A DNA stretch of 61,894 bases. Source: Chara braunii (taxonomy: Eukaryota; Plantae; Charophyceae). Below the pieces are notes generated by a model. It worked only from the letters and a program-made list of their open reading frames with translations, made no database searches and had not been told where the DNA came from. Location: positions 2,383,326 to 2,445,219 of the forward strand of contig BFEA01000042.1 of NCBI GenBank assembly GCA_003427395.1, read 5' to 3'. Made by a program: the position numbers and the translations under genes. Shown in pieces: positions 38,920 to 52,024 of the stretch (position 1 is its first letter; the number at the start of each line of letters is the position of its first letter).

Positions 38920-39785
38920 CTGAAAGATGTGAGCCTTGTGGGTGATAGTGATGCTCGTTCTTGAACTTGGTTCCTGGTCCACAACGAGATGATGTTATTT
39001 TTTTTGAAAAAGGGCGATGGTTACACTATCACCGAAAAGGAGGATGGTGTCGTAATCCTGTTGGGACCTCGCCTATGGTGGGGAGCGATCGCTGCTTATC
39101 ACAGGGGTGGGGTTGGTCGTCTACCCTTCTGGTATGCAGGGTCGCCGTGTCCTTATGATCCTCGTCTGACCTACTTGGACTATATGGATGAGGTTGTCTC
39201 GCCCTGTAGACGTGGCATTAACAGAGTTGCGATACTGGAATCGGAGGGAATGTGGTGAGGCTCGGATCTAAAGCGGGGCTTGATGTCGGGATGTTATCCT
39301 TTGCGGAGGATTATACCACTCCTCGACGCAGTCACATAGAATTCGGGGATACTAAGACATAAAAATCATAGGTATTTGTAAAATTGCACAATCGGATGGG
39401 TTATGAAACTCGGGTAAAGGACTTAAATAATTGGTTCTTGTATTGGATAGCTAGTTCAGATTATGTCTGAACGATTATCATAGGTTGGGTTATGGAGATC
39501 TGTCACGGTTTATTCCTGGCTCATTCTGGGAATTAGCGGAAGGATAATACGGGTCTTCCATAAGGGATGGTGGAACACCGGAGCCTTGTTATTATTATCC
39601 CCGACAACTGTGACTGTAGTATAGTACGAGTATCCTTGTGTTACGTGGGAGGTCGAGGTTAAACTCCTGGCAACACGTGAGTGTGTTGAAATGTTGTGGA
39701 TGCATCCCCATGAACATGAGAGACCCGAGTTATATTCCCGGCAGTAATGGTTGCTTGCCCAGATAATTGAAATATTGATTTCCAA
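38920..39785 (+). other. Possible decayed extra ORF between integrase and the 3' LTR
   Basis: 89-aa ORF 38989-39258 in a GC-richer patch within AT-rich UTR. Confidence 0.3.
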
Positions 39786-41582
39786 CCGAATGAATTTTGT
39801 AAGCCAAAAACAAAAAAACTAAGTCCTTTGAATTTTGGGCTTCCAGGGGCTGAATCTGGTACGAATCCGATGAGTGCGGGATAATTGTAAATTTTGGCTT
39901 CGTGGGCATAACTCGTTTAATAGTAGGGAGTCCGTTCTTTCAGATATCCGCTTGTTAAAGTATCTATGATTTTATTAAGATTGAAAGATACTGAGAGAAG
40001 TATCTGTAAAATTTAATATTGAGGGCACCGACCACGTGAACGACGTGGAAGTCGTTCAATGGGGCCCGGGAATGTTGTCGGGGCAGAAACCCTGACAAGG
40101 GTAACTGCGCGTGTTTTTCAACGTCCGACGCTGTCTGACCTTTTTACTTAATTGGAAGACTTGATGAGATTGACGTTGTCACGGTTTATTCAGACCAGCG
40201 CTATGACTGAGAGATTTAAACTTTCTTGAACCTGTTGTCATCGACGCAGGACGGCATCGACGTCCGTACGGGATAACGGGGATCGGTACTGTCATCCGCG
40301 GGTTCGACAAGGCCGCAGTAGTGTGCGGTCATGGGAAAAAAAAGTTAAAGTCTAGGCTACCTATGATGAGGTCGCGCGGCTTAACAGCCACGCGATTCAA
40401 GGCCTAAGCGGACCAAAAAGGGAACGCCGCGAGGAGATTGGATCGCAACGTGAAAGAACGGTTTATGGTCCATTGGGCTTATGTGCCGAGGACCCGAGGG
40501 CGAAGGCGTCGAGGCCGACTGGATAGGGCAGTCGTTGAGGCCGTCGGCTGCCGGCCTCGCCTGCCAGCCGCGGTAACAAGCCGGCTTAGCAGGCTTAGCC
40601 TGCTAAGCGCTAGGCAGTGGAAGCCCTTCACATAGAAGGGCTGCTCCTCTCTGGATGTGAGAAGGAGCTAGCCCAGTAGGTATAGCCGCCAGACTACCAC
40701 CCTGCAGATTCAAGGATCGAGCCCAACGACTGTGACTGGGCTAGCTCCTTTTGATAGGAGCGGCCCAACCCCACAGAAGTGACGCGGTCATTCCCGACCT
40801 CGCGATCCACCAGATCGCAGGGCCGAAATCGGGCGCGTGGGTGGTATGGCCTCTGCGCAAGGATGACATGCATAAATAAAGAAATGTTTATTTTTTTTTT
40901 TTATTTTTTTTTTTAGAGACTGCTACGGCGTCGAGGTAAGGAGCTTTTCTCCTTTTTTTTTGGTTCTTTTGTTTTTTTTTCTCTTGCTGGTTGGGGCCAT
41001 ACGGACGAAACGACGCGACCGTTGACCTGAGCCAACAAAAGAAGAAGAAAAAAAAAAAAAAAAAAAATAGAAAAAAAAATAACTAAAGCGCCAGGTGGCG
41101 CCGCGAGGAGTGAAGGGGACTTAGTGTCCCCACGAACTGAGCAGGCACACGAAGAAACGGGTGACCGTTTTTTTGGAGAGTTTTTCCTTTTTCTTTTTTT
41201 CTTTCGTTTCCTTGTTAGATTTGTTTAGATTTTTTTGTTAGATTTTTTCTTAGATTTTAGTTAGATTCTTTCTTTTTTTTCTTCTTTCTGCTTTGGGTGG
41301 GCACACCTATTCGTTCAAACGAACGGGAGGTGACTGCGCCCGACTGTTTCGTTGGACTTCCACCAACTCATCAGGAGGTTGAGCCTCGACAGGGGGCTAG
41401 CCGAGTGAATCAGCCGCAGGAGTGCGGCTGTATGCAGACCTGACGGTGGGGGCTCTTCAAAGAGAGAGAGTGAGAGGAGGGGGCAGCCAAGAGATAAGAG
41501 CGCCCCTTCGTTTTTAGGGGCAGGCTCCCCAAGCCGCGCGCCTGTATGTGGCGCCTGTTTTGAGCCACATACAGACGTGGAA

Positions 41583-41640
41583 GCAGCGAAAAGAAGACCC
41601 TGTCGAGCTTGACTTTAGTTCGACTCTATGAAATGACTTG
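41583..41640 (+). rRNA. LSU rRNA fragment, second LTR copy
   Basis: Homologous to 27583-27640. Confidence 0.8.
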
Positions 41641-41699
41641 AAGGAGGGGGGGGGGATGTGCTCGTTCGTTCTCAAACAACGAGCTGCCCTGATTCAGGG

Positions 41700-41752
<53 letters not shown>

Positions 41753-44138
41753 TAGAGGGGAAGAAGTTGGAAAAAAAAAAAAAAAAGGGAAACGGCCGCG
41801 GATCTAGCCGCGGCCTTTGTCCAGATGAAGGTTTAGAAGCATCTGGACTATGAATTGATAGCACCAACAGTCTGCTAAAAAATGGCGAAGTACGGGCATT
41901 TGTGCATTGCATCTGGCCGTGGGTGAAGGCCAGATGCATTACCAGGGTTAAAAACTTGGTTCCCCTAGGGGAACATCAAGTTCCTGGCCCTTGATTGCGA
42001 TTCTGATCAAGGGCCAGGCTCTACTCCGAGATTTGGCTGGGGGCAAAGCAGCTGCCCTCAGCCTTCAGCCAGCTATAAAAGCCAGCCTACCACCCAACAG
42101 CCTCACACTTGTGGCAATGCTGCTGGGGCATTCTACTTGAGTAGATGCTGGCTGGCTGGCTGCTGGTGTAATGAGGCGAAGTGCTGGAGGTCTGCAGAAG
42201 CACTTGGAGGGAAGAGGAGGCAGCCATAGCTGAAGGCTGGAAGCTTTTTGCCCCCACCTTTGGTGTTGAGTTGTAGGCAGTGGGGAAACCGTGGCCTTGA
42301 GGTTGCTGCTGGTTTTCTAGGGAGGTGCGGCGGAGGCGCTGCCGAATTTTGCGGCGGCCGCACCGGTTTTCTTGGCGGAACAGCGAAAGCGCTGCCGAAA
42401 TCGTGCGGCGGAAGCGCTGGTTTTCTTGGCGGAACAGCGAAAGCGTTGCCGAAATTGTGCGGCGGCAGCGTAGGTATTCTTGGCGGTACAGCGGAGGCGC
42501 TACCGAACTCTTGTAGCGGCAGCACCGATTTTCTTGGCGGTACAGCGAGGGTGTTGCCAGATTTTGTGGCAACAGTATTTTGCACATGACTGCGAAAAGG
42601 GGGACTGGACGTTGCCGCAGGGACGGTACCGCCAAGGTGGAAGTACACCTTGGAATAGAAAGGGTGTGGCGATCGTCTTGTTGACGGCGTTGCGGCACAC
42701 GGCATTTGTAAGAATTGTTGAGGCCGTTGTTATTTTTTTGCGGCATACCGAGTAAGCGGGGACTGGGTCCGGAACCACCAAGTATTGTGGCAGGCAGGTG
42801 GTGACCTGACTCGGTATTTGATGGGTTGAATTGGCGCTGTTTTTAGTCGAAGGTGTGACGTTGAGGCTGTGGGATTTGAGAGTGGGACACTCTCCTCAAC
42901 GGCGAGCCGCTCCTGTGTTAGTGAGCGGCGCTTGAGTTAGTGGNNNNNNNNNNNNNNNNNNNNNNNNNNNNNNNNNNNNNNNNNNNNNNNNNNNNNNNNN
43001 NNNNNNNNNNNNNNNNNNNNNNNNNNNNNNNNNNNNNNNNNNNNNNNNNNNNNNNNNNNNNNNNNNNNNNNNNNNNNNNNNNNNNNNNNNNNNNNNNNNN
43101 NNNNNNNNNNNNNNNNNNNNNNNNNNNNNNNNNNNNNNNNNNNNNNNNNNNNNNNNNNNNNNNNNNNNNNNNNNNNNNNNNNNNNNNNNNNNNNNNNNNN
43201 NNNNNNNNNNNNNNNNNNNNNNNNNNNNNNNNNNNNNNNNNNNNNNNNNNNNNNNNNNNNNNNNNNNNNNNNNNNNTGACCTTGCTTTGAATTCAGGGGG
43301 AGAGGTAGAGTAAGAGCGTGATGTCATGCGTGTGAAGAAAGGGCTGACTTGTTTTGGGGATGGATAAATCTCTGGATTGTTTCTTTTCTTGATTGTGCAG
43401 GTAGAATGGGAGATGTGTGTGAGAAGGAATCAACATTGTTTGCTCGAGATAATAATGGGGATGCTTACCACTCTCCCACTCAACCTGAATGCATGTGACA
43501 CAACAGAGGAGGGATAAAAATAATAATGGAAGTGCGAACGGACGGGTACCGAAAGAATGAAGGCCGTGGGAAAATTAAAAGAAAAGAAGACAAGGGAATA
43601 CCTTAGTATCTTCCCAAGGATTTCCCCATTCTATCCCGAACGATCACTATCCTTCAATGCCCGTCCAAAATACCTTATTTCTTTCTCTTCTCTATTCGTC
43701 TAAGTCGACCCTTAACCGGAAAGGCATAGAGTGGCCGTCTGCACCTAGAGTCTAGGCTTCTTCTCTCTAGGAGGCATCTGAGGCGGGGGTTCGTTGCCTT
43801 AGGGGCCGGCCCTCTTATCGACTCGGAGCGGACCGCTTTTGCGGGGAGATACCGTGTTGTTGTGGTGAAGCGAGCCCAACTTCTGAGTCCTGAACAATGT
43901 GTTCGGGCGAGGGGGAGGGGTATTCCAAGCCACTTCCTAGAGGGTAGGGTGTCTTGAAGATAGGGGCAGTCGCCTCCTCGTGCTTTCAGCGAAAGGCGAG
44001 GCTGAATCTAGTACCCGGCCGGGTGGCCGCTTTAGGAGCCACCAACGTGTGGGAGGGTGACGCCACAAGAAGCCCACCCCGTGATTCAACTAGTGTTAAC
44101 GGGAGTGCAAATATGCACTACTCTCGCGATCGGACCGT

Positions 44139-46952
44139 TGTCAGGCGGCCACAACCAGTGGACCACCTGAAATCAGCGGCTTTGGGACGTAGACCCAAAG
44201 GCAAGACCGTGTTGTAATGGTACTCTTGTCTCACCCGACGGGAAAAATTAGGGGTACCCGGAGCTCCCCTAATATTGGGTGTGTCGACTGCTGAGAGTAG
44301 CCCTCAAATTAACAAGAGGGGCTACCGCTCCTACTTCGTCGGCTTCTACTGTTTTTGCGCCCGCTNTGTGCCTATCCCCAAAGNGGCTGGTCGTGGGATN
44401 ACAATGTGAGACTACGCTTTGGCGCGGCCCTTTTACATTGCACTATTGGTGCAGGGGAGGAACCTTGGATATCGTTAGTTTTGATATTAAATTAAAAGCA
44501 GCAAGGAAGGAAGAGGAAAATGAGATATTCTTTATTTTATTAAATTTCTTTGACATTTAATTTTGATAGGAAAAAAAATTAAAACTATAAAAGGAAAAGA
44601 AAGAGATCAAAATCTTTGATATTTAATTGAAGTCCATCNNNNNNNNNNNNNNNNNNNNNNNNNNNNNNNNNNNNNNNNNNNNNNNNNNNNNNNNNNNNNN
44701 NNNNNNNNNNNNNNNNNNNNNNNNNNNNNNNNNNNNNNNNNNNNNNNNNNNNNNNNNNNNNNNNNNNNNNNNNNNNNNNNNNNNNNNNNNNNNNNNNNNN
44801 NNNNNNNNNNNNNNNNNNNNNNNNNNNNNNNNNNNNNNNNNNNNNNNNNNNNNNNNNNNNNNNNNNNNNNNNNNNNNNNNNNNNNNNNNNNNNNNNNNNN
44901 NNNNNNNNNNNNNNNNNNNNNNNNNNNNNNNNNNNNNNNNNNNNNNNNNNNNNNNNNNNNNNNNNNNNNNNNNNNNNNNNNNNNNNNNNNNNNNNNNNAG
45001 TGAGTGACCACATGGTCGGCGTGGTGTTACTGCCGTGTTACTTTGGTTGTGCCGCTCGGCTTCATTGCGTCGGTGTGGCTGTTGCTCTGGTTCGGACACG
45101 CGATTCGGGGAGGTTCGGTACCATTACGGGGTTGCGGCATTCTACGATATTCGACACATCTTAGGCTTGACATTGGTTCGACATCGGGTTATTTCAGGCT
45201 CGGTACTCAGCATCGGTTCGGTACACTCCCGGTATTGGTCTGGCTTCGGCACGGTACTGGTTACAGNGACCCTGAGTGATTACTTGTCCGGTGGCTGGTT
45301 TGGGACTGGTGCTGTCACTGGTCTGCTATTGGTGAAACTTGTAGCCCCGGTACTATTATTTTGGGCATGCCTAGTCTGGCACAGGCACTACGGTACAGTA
45401 TTGGGTGAGGTTTAAGGACCAGGGACTATTCACTCTACTACCGGTAACACCTATTCTGAACCGCTGGGCCTGGACCTGGGACTGCTACAGTTGGTAAATG
45501 TGCCGGCCCAGAAGGCTTGGTACACCTGGTACCAAGGATACTGGGGCTCCGTTTTTTTTTTTAGCTCTGCCAGGTAAGGCAGTGGGAATTGGTGCCTGGC
45601 CGAACCGCAGCCTGGATATAGTATGGGCTAGTCAAAGACACGAGAGACTTTTTTTTGGGGACTTGGGCGAACTGGGGACGCGTGCCAGGTGTCCCCCGCT
45701 TTGGCTTTCACCAGGGAAGGTTCATGGGAGCGCACCAGAAGTTTGACCGGGGGGACATGTGCCTGGCACCTCGGGAGCGTGGAGGAGAGGGAGACATTCG
45801 GAACGTGCANGGTGTGCCCAGCGGGAAATGCAGGCGGGGACAGTTGACGGAGAGAGGATTGGGGGGAGGAGGCACTCAGAATGTGCAAGGTGTACCCGCC
45901 CACTGACATGGGCATTGCGGGGAGANTGCATGTGAGAGGGAGAGCGAGAGAGAAGGGGACTGCACAGCGAGGGTGAGAGACTGTGTGTGAGGAGGGAGTG
46001 ACCAGGGGAAAAGACAGTGAACAGACTGCGACGACGGCTACACAGGTGAGCATCTACANCATCCNGTACTCGCTTGAAAGGCGGCGGAGATCAACGCACA
46101 ATAATCATCAGCGCAGAGTAATCATCAGTGCACTGTGATCAGCCATGATCCACCCAGAGGATTTCACCGCAAGGTGATCATCNACACATGGTAATCAGCG
46201 GTGATCAATGCGCTATACTTCAGCGTACNGTAATCATCAATACGCGATGATTACTGGTGATCAGCTCACAGTAAACATCGGCGCACGACAACCAGCGGTG
46301 TTCCATACACGTGGACGACGATGCATGGTAATGAGTGGACTACTGTGAACAGCGAATGTTCAGATCACACACAGTGAACTAGCGACCCACACGGGAGGGA
46401 GTGGACTACACCNGAGGGCATGGGAACACACAAGCGTGTGTTTCCCTCAAAGCATGGTGAACGTGTCTGTTGGTCCCAGTGCTCGTTCATGGGGCGCTGC
46501 TGCTAACACGGCAGTTACAGTGGGTGAGGATAATGTCAACAGTCTGACGCGCTGGTAGTCGAACATCAGCGGCTACACGTAAGTTGACAATCANCATCTA
46601 TTGTACTCGCTAATCCTGCGTTCACATGGGAGCTGGCTTCGACATCCTATGCCTGCTTGCATGGTCACCTACCTCCCTTAGCGGTTTGCGTTTCCGTCTG
46701 GCCACCTGTGCCCATGCTTGGCTGTCTCCATCAACTGTGTGTGTGTGAGAGAGAGAGAGAGAGAGGGAGAGAGGGAGAGTGCNTTGGTAGAAAGAAGGAG
46801 AGTGCGCTGGCGGAGAGAGTTGGTAAGTAAGCAAAAGAGACTTTGAGAGAGAGACGAGGCTTCATGTGAGAGAGAGAGGCCGAGAGGGAGAACAGAGAGA
46901 GAAAAAGTGGAAAGCTGTCTGCTGCTTCAGCCTGTAAACGTTGCGTTTTCAT

Positions 46953-46983
<31 letters not shown>

Positions 46984-48446
46984 CTTATTTTTTTTTTTTT
47001 ACAAATGCGTTAAGTCTGCTGACGCGGCCAGATACATCCCTATCACAAGGCACGGGTGGGAGAAGATGACTTGCACGGAGGGGGCGCGGTGTTGTACGGC
47101 TGCCCCGCAACGGATTGGAGAGATGTGTGCCCTTTTGAAAGCATCGCCCAACGCGTCCATGATCACCAACGCGTAGGAGTGAACTCTGTTAAGCCTGCAT
47201 TTGATGAAGAGAGGGCAAGAAGCATCACACTCTTGTGAGAAAATGAGGAAGAGGATGAAAGCACCTGACCGTACTCTTGCTGCAGATTCGTTTATTCATT
47301 TTCCGCATATGTTGACAAATCAGCGGGCCGCGACGCACTCCCTATGTGAGTAAAGGCTACCCACACACACACACCGACACACACACCCACACACCCACCC
47401 CCCCACACTCACACACACACACACACACGCATGCACAGAGAGAGAGAGAGAGAGAGAGAAGAAGAAGTGAAGGAGAGTGATCAGGGATTGAAAGAGGGTT
47501 TCCAGAAATGGGGNAGGCCTCAGCAAGGGACTGGACCACGAGAAACCTCAAACAGAGGATTGCATGAGGCTTCCTGCACGGATTTTTGAGCTGAAATTCG
47601 AATTAAATTGGCCTCTCACACTTGGGGGGGTCTATCAACGATCGGACACCACATCCCTTTAGGGGGCTACAATTCAGGAAAACTGACGGTTCGGATTCTT
47701 AAAAGGACGAGGATTGGACATAACGAAAAATGACAGTAGGAGGGTGACTTTCGAACATGTGCGATTTCCTAGGACTGACCAGGAGCAAATGCAGACGAAC
47801 AGGAAATGGTGGATACTCCCTGAGACCACCCTCACATGCCCAACTTGATCATCAAAGGGGAGCTGGGCCTGCTTCAACAATCAACNAGGTTGATAGCAGT
47901 GACTTGACAGTGAAGGGGAATAGGACCCAAAGCTAGGCCTGAGCATCAGACAGGAAGTATTCTCAAAGCATTGCACAGATCGTCACGCTGTNACATGGGG
48001 TAACAACTTGGGGAGAAATGGGGACAGCATCGCTGTGGCGGGAACTGCATGACAATTTGAAAGGACCCTACAAGGTGATACAAAGTTGCAGGCATTACCC
48101 TGGGGTTTATGAGAGTTTCTCGTGTGGACCCTCTCACGCAGGACTGCGTCTTGTTTATTTGGGTAAAATTATGAGTCTGTGTACTATTAATTACCTACAC
48201 ATGTTTGATAATTAACGGGTCTTTAAGTCCGTGATAATTTATTTAATTTTGTTTAAGCTTCCTTTCATTCGGGCATGTCGTGACGGCCTTCCGACAGAGC
48301 ATTCAGGTGGGGTGTGACGGGCAATACGAAACCCACTCCCTGTTCCGCTGCTGAGGACCTCTGAAGCGGGCACNGCGGGTGACAGACGCCGCTGTCCCTG
48401 GCTTCAGCAGCGGACAGATGACCCCTCCCCGGGTTTCCTCAAGACA
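44139..48446. mobile_element. Insert D: TG..CA solo-LTR-like or collapsed element
   Basis: Absent from the 5' LTR (empty site GGACCGTGACAC); TGTCAGG...CAAGACA; TSD CCGT/TCGT; contains a gap and scattered Ns. Confidence 0.85.
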
Positions 48447-48613
48447 TCGTGACACAAGAATCACGACCCGAAAAGGGGAGTGAAGATTGAACACGGAAGT
48501 GGGTATGTCTGAATTATTTTCAGGAAAATTACCGCTTCGTCGTCCAGATGCTTGCGGGGACGGTGATTCTCTAATTGTTCAGCACATGCGAGGCGGCGGT
48601 TAATTGGTTAGCG

Positions 48614-49626
48614 ATGCCGACACGATCCCGCGCCGGCATGGTACGAAAAGGAAGGTTGGTGTACAACCCACTTGAGGTTTACTCGGAACGAGATGTGCCG
48701 CGATTCTGGGACGGGAGCATGAGGAAACCACTGCGGAGTTATATTTTCTTGGTTGAACCAGGCCAACGTATTGTGCGGTATGATTTTGCGCCTCCTAATC
48801 CATCACGAGATTACGGAGACATGAACCTGGTAGTGGTTCACGAGGACTGTCCGACAGTAGAGAACATTCCTGATGATAGAAGGATGTTCCTCCATATTGT
48901 ACTTCATTTGAACGATTTGCAAGGTCCGTTCGTCCTCCTTCATCAGGTGAGACGAGTCCGAGCGAACAGAGTTAATATCATTCGCTCGGAACGTTTCGAC
49001 GTCAGCGTGTTTTATGACGAGGCTTGTAAAATTTATGAGCGCCTCTTCTAACAGGTGACTTCTTCGGTATGCAGATGACTAGCGGACGGCGAGACCTCAC
49101 TCAAGCCAGATATCTACTGATTCGCGACACTATGAACGAGGAGTTGATCCGGCGAGCGGAGCGACTATTACTGGTTCGAGATGGAGTGCCCACACAGTGG
49201 ATTGGTTTTATCGGCCTGCTCAGTGATGGGCAGAGATTTCTTCTTAACTCGCGCGCGGATGTCCGCGCCAATGTGGCCCGACTTCCGGACGAAGTTCATG
49301 GATATACTTTGTACTTCCATCGCGCGAGCGACCTCCAATGCCTTTGCGGGGTCATTGTGAGTGTCAAAATTACCCTATCCGGGGAGCGCTATGGCGTCAT
49401 CTGGATTAAAGAAACCACTACCACGCACCTGTTTCGGATGCGTCAACCATTCCCCGCGATAGTTTGGAGGCTCGCCTCACGGGTGGCTTCTCTCTATGAT
49501 AAGCGGAAAGTCCGAGTCGTGCGAGGTGGACGTGTCTCCACCTTGACTTTTGACGACGAGGAGCTTACACGACTCGACCAGATAGAGGCCGAGGCCCGTG
49601 AGGGCCGACAGGTTTATCCTGGCTGA
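48614..49626 (+). CDS. LTR-embedded orphan protein, predicted spliced (48614-48946 + 49075-49626, ~294 aa)
   Basis: Two adjacent ORFs joined in phase 0 by GTGAGA...CTAAC...TGCAG; no family recognised. Confidence 0.55.
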
Positions 49627-50299
49627 GCGCACCCTCTCGAGTCAGGTGCAGTGGTAAGTTTTTTTTTTTGTAGGGCCACTTCTATGTGACTCCACAAGGG
49701 TAATAATAACAAAAAAAACAACAATTTTGCGTAGGTAGGCCAACCAGATGGATAGTATCTGGATTGCCCCGATGATAGCACTATCATGCTTAGGCATTGA
49801 GGGGTAATCGAGCACTGAACAATAAGCCAAATAAAGTGAAGGTCGAACACCTGACAAGGTGTTGAGCCAAAGGGCGAGGGCGAAGTATCAGGAAACGAAA
49901 CATTCTCACGCCGAGTATCCGGTGTTGGGGATGGGTACTTCGTCATTCGTGGAACAGAGAGAGTAATTATTGCCCAGGAGGACAAAGCGACTAACAAAAT
50001 TACATTCGCCCCTCCAAGTAGTTATACATGGTATGGAGATATGGTCGAACCGGGAGTTCAAACATCGACCAGGAGTTAGATCACTTGTCAATCTGCATGG
50101 TACCCGCGATATTTACTTGTAAAAGTTGTGCGCGACGGATCTTCCGTCTTCGGACAACAGTATAATTGTCTCTTCGGTCATGTAGGCGAGAAATGATAGC
50201 CTTGGCAGATCATCTCATCAATTCGAAATGTTGTTTATGTATTTTATTCATTTTATGAGTAGGGGATTATAAAGGGACTAGGACTATATGTTGGGTTTC

Positions 50300-50763
50300 A
50301 CGTTTGGTCGAGGCCGTCCTAGTTGACCGACGCTCGTTCGTACCGAGGAGATCAGCGCCCTCGGGAACGGACAACGTTCGGGTTCACTTGGCGCAAACCA
50401 AGCGTACCTATACTCCAGTGAGCGAGCAAACGCCCTCGGCTGACCTACCTCTGCAATTGCACGTAATAACTTTCGCACGTGGGTCAGTAGCTCGGTAGGG
50501 ATACACCCCTGAGGGTGGTGACAGCCCCTCAGGGAACGTAAGTTGTGCCCCGCGAAAACCTATCCTATCGTAGGGGACCGCGGGATGTATAGCTGACGCA
50601 CCCGGCTAGAGCTGCGAAGGGACAATGCAACGGCGCCCGTCTCGGCGGTTCGCGGAATCATTTATGCATCGTCTTAAGTTGTCTCTTGGTTTTGTTATGT
50701 TCCAACTCCTTTGTGACATAGCCGGGAGGGCCCTCGCTCACGCGGGGGCCGATGCGCTCGACA
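50300..50763 (+). ncRNA. Candidate structured RNA motif, 3' LTR copy
   Basis: As 31830-32292. Confidence 0.55.
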
Positions 50764-52024
50764 CCGTGACGCACAAACATGCGAGAAAAAAAAAAACAAA
50801 GAAGCACTCCGAAAATGTGCGCCCTTGTACTGAAGCCATGCATCTTGACATTTGCGTATTTAACACTGAATTCGTGAAAACCTAACAAAACCACAAAACC
50901 TAACATTTTTTATAGAATGAAAAAGTAAAAGTCAAACTGTTATTTTTGACACATAAAAGAGAGAAATTAAAACTGTTTCCTAAGAAAGGAGGCAAAAAAA
51001 AAGGCAAAAAGTCTAGCGATTCTTAAAATGTGCAAGAAAATCATTTCCAGCAAAGAGCATTTTACATGACTATAAGTTGTTCTCAGTAGATTGACAAAAA
51101 GCATAGCTCAAACAAGACAATCTTTAACGACTGCAAGAAGAACCCGAAAGATGTTAAAAAAAACAGCTTCAGTGAATACTCATTTCTAGAACTATAAGTC
51201 GCTTTCATAAGTTTGGTAAAACCAGATTCTGCGAAATCGAGTGTATAGAACTATAAATTAATATAACTTGATTTTTAAGTTAACTGTAAAACCATTGTCA
51301 AAAAATATATATTATGTAAAGAAGAATTAAAACAACTTTTGCCTGAGAGACATCTTCAAATTCCTTACCAACGATGATTTAAAATTAAAAAAAAAAAAAT
51401 TATTTAATAAAAACACCAGATTCAGCGAAATCGAGTTTATAGAACTATAAATTAATATAACTCTATTTTAAAGTTGACTGTAAAACCCTTGCCAAAAAAT
51501 ATATGTTATGTAAAAGAAGAATTAAAATAGTTTTTGCCTGGGAGACATTTTCAAATTTCTAGCCAACGATGATTTAAAATTAAAAAATAAAACATTATTC
51601 AATAAAAATACTTAAAAACAATATATTCGTCCCTGTATGAGATAACATATCCAAGCGAATGTATTCATGAGTAGGAGAGCATGTGTTCATGTTTGGTGAC
51701 CCTTGAATAGGTTCGTCGTGCTACATACCTTAGGGAACTATAAATATGAGTTTTTTAGTTAAACAAAAAATTGTGATATTTTAGTTCCTTAATTAATGGT
51801 GTTTTGCAAGGTATTGTTTTTTTGTAAAAAAACTTGCTTTTCTCCTCATCGTTTTTTGTGGTTTTGAAAAAGTAGTTTTCTATTATCTTTTTGCGGTTAA
51901 ATTACTTTACATAAAATTTTGTTCATGTAGGAGGCCTGAAAAAAGTATTATCAGAATCTTTAAAAATTTTCGTGCAAACCTAACAATTTATTTTGTTAGG
52001 TTTTCACGAATTCTATGTTTTTGA

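Larger units (their letters stand above)
26039..50763 (+). mobile_element. Element C: non-chromovirus Ty3/Gypsy with ~6.25-kb LTRs
   Basis: LTRs 26039-32292 and 40076-50763; TGTCGGGG...CTCGACA; TSD CCGT (26035-26038, 50764-50767); PBS; gag-pol. Confidence 0.93.
40076..50763 (+). repeat. 3' LTR of element C, interrupted by 44139-48446
   Basis: Direct repeat of 26039-32292. Confidence 0.92.
25014..52018. mobile_element. Non-autonomous TIR DNA transposon with 6-bp TSD (~2.3 kb once the nested Gypsy is removed)
   Basis: TIRs ACAGAGTATTCGTGAAAACC / GGTTTTCACGAATTCTATGT; TTTTGA at 25008-25013 and 52019-52024; removal restores helicase INASIK-MSLLW. Confidence 0.8.
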
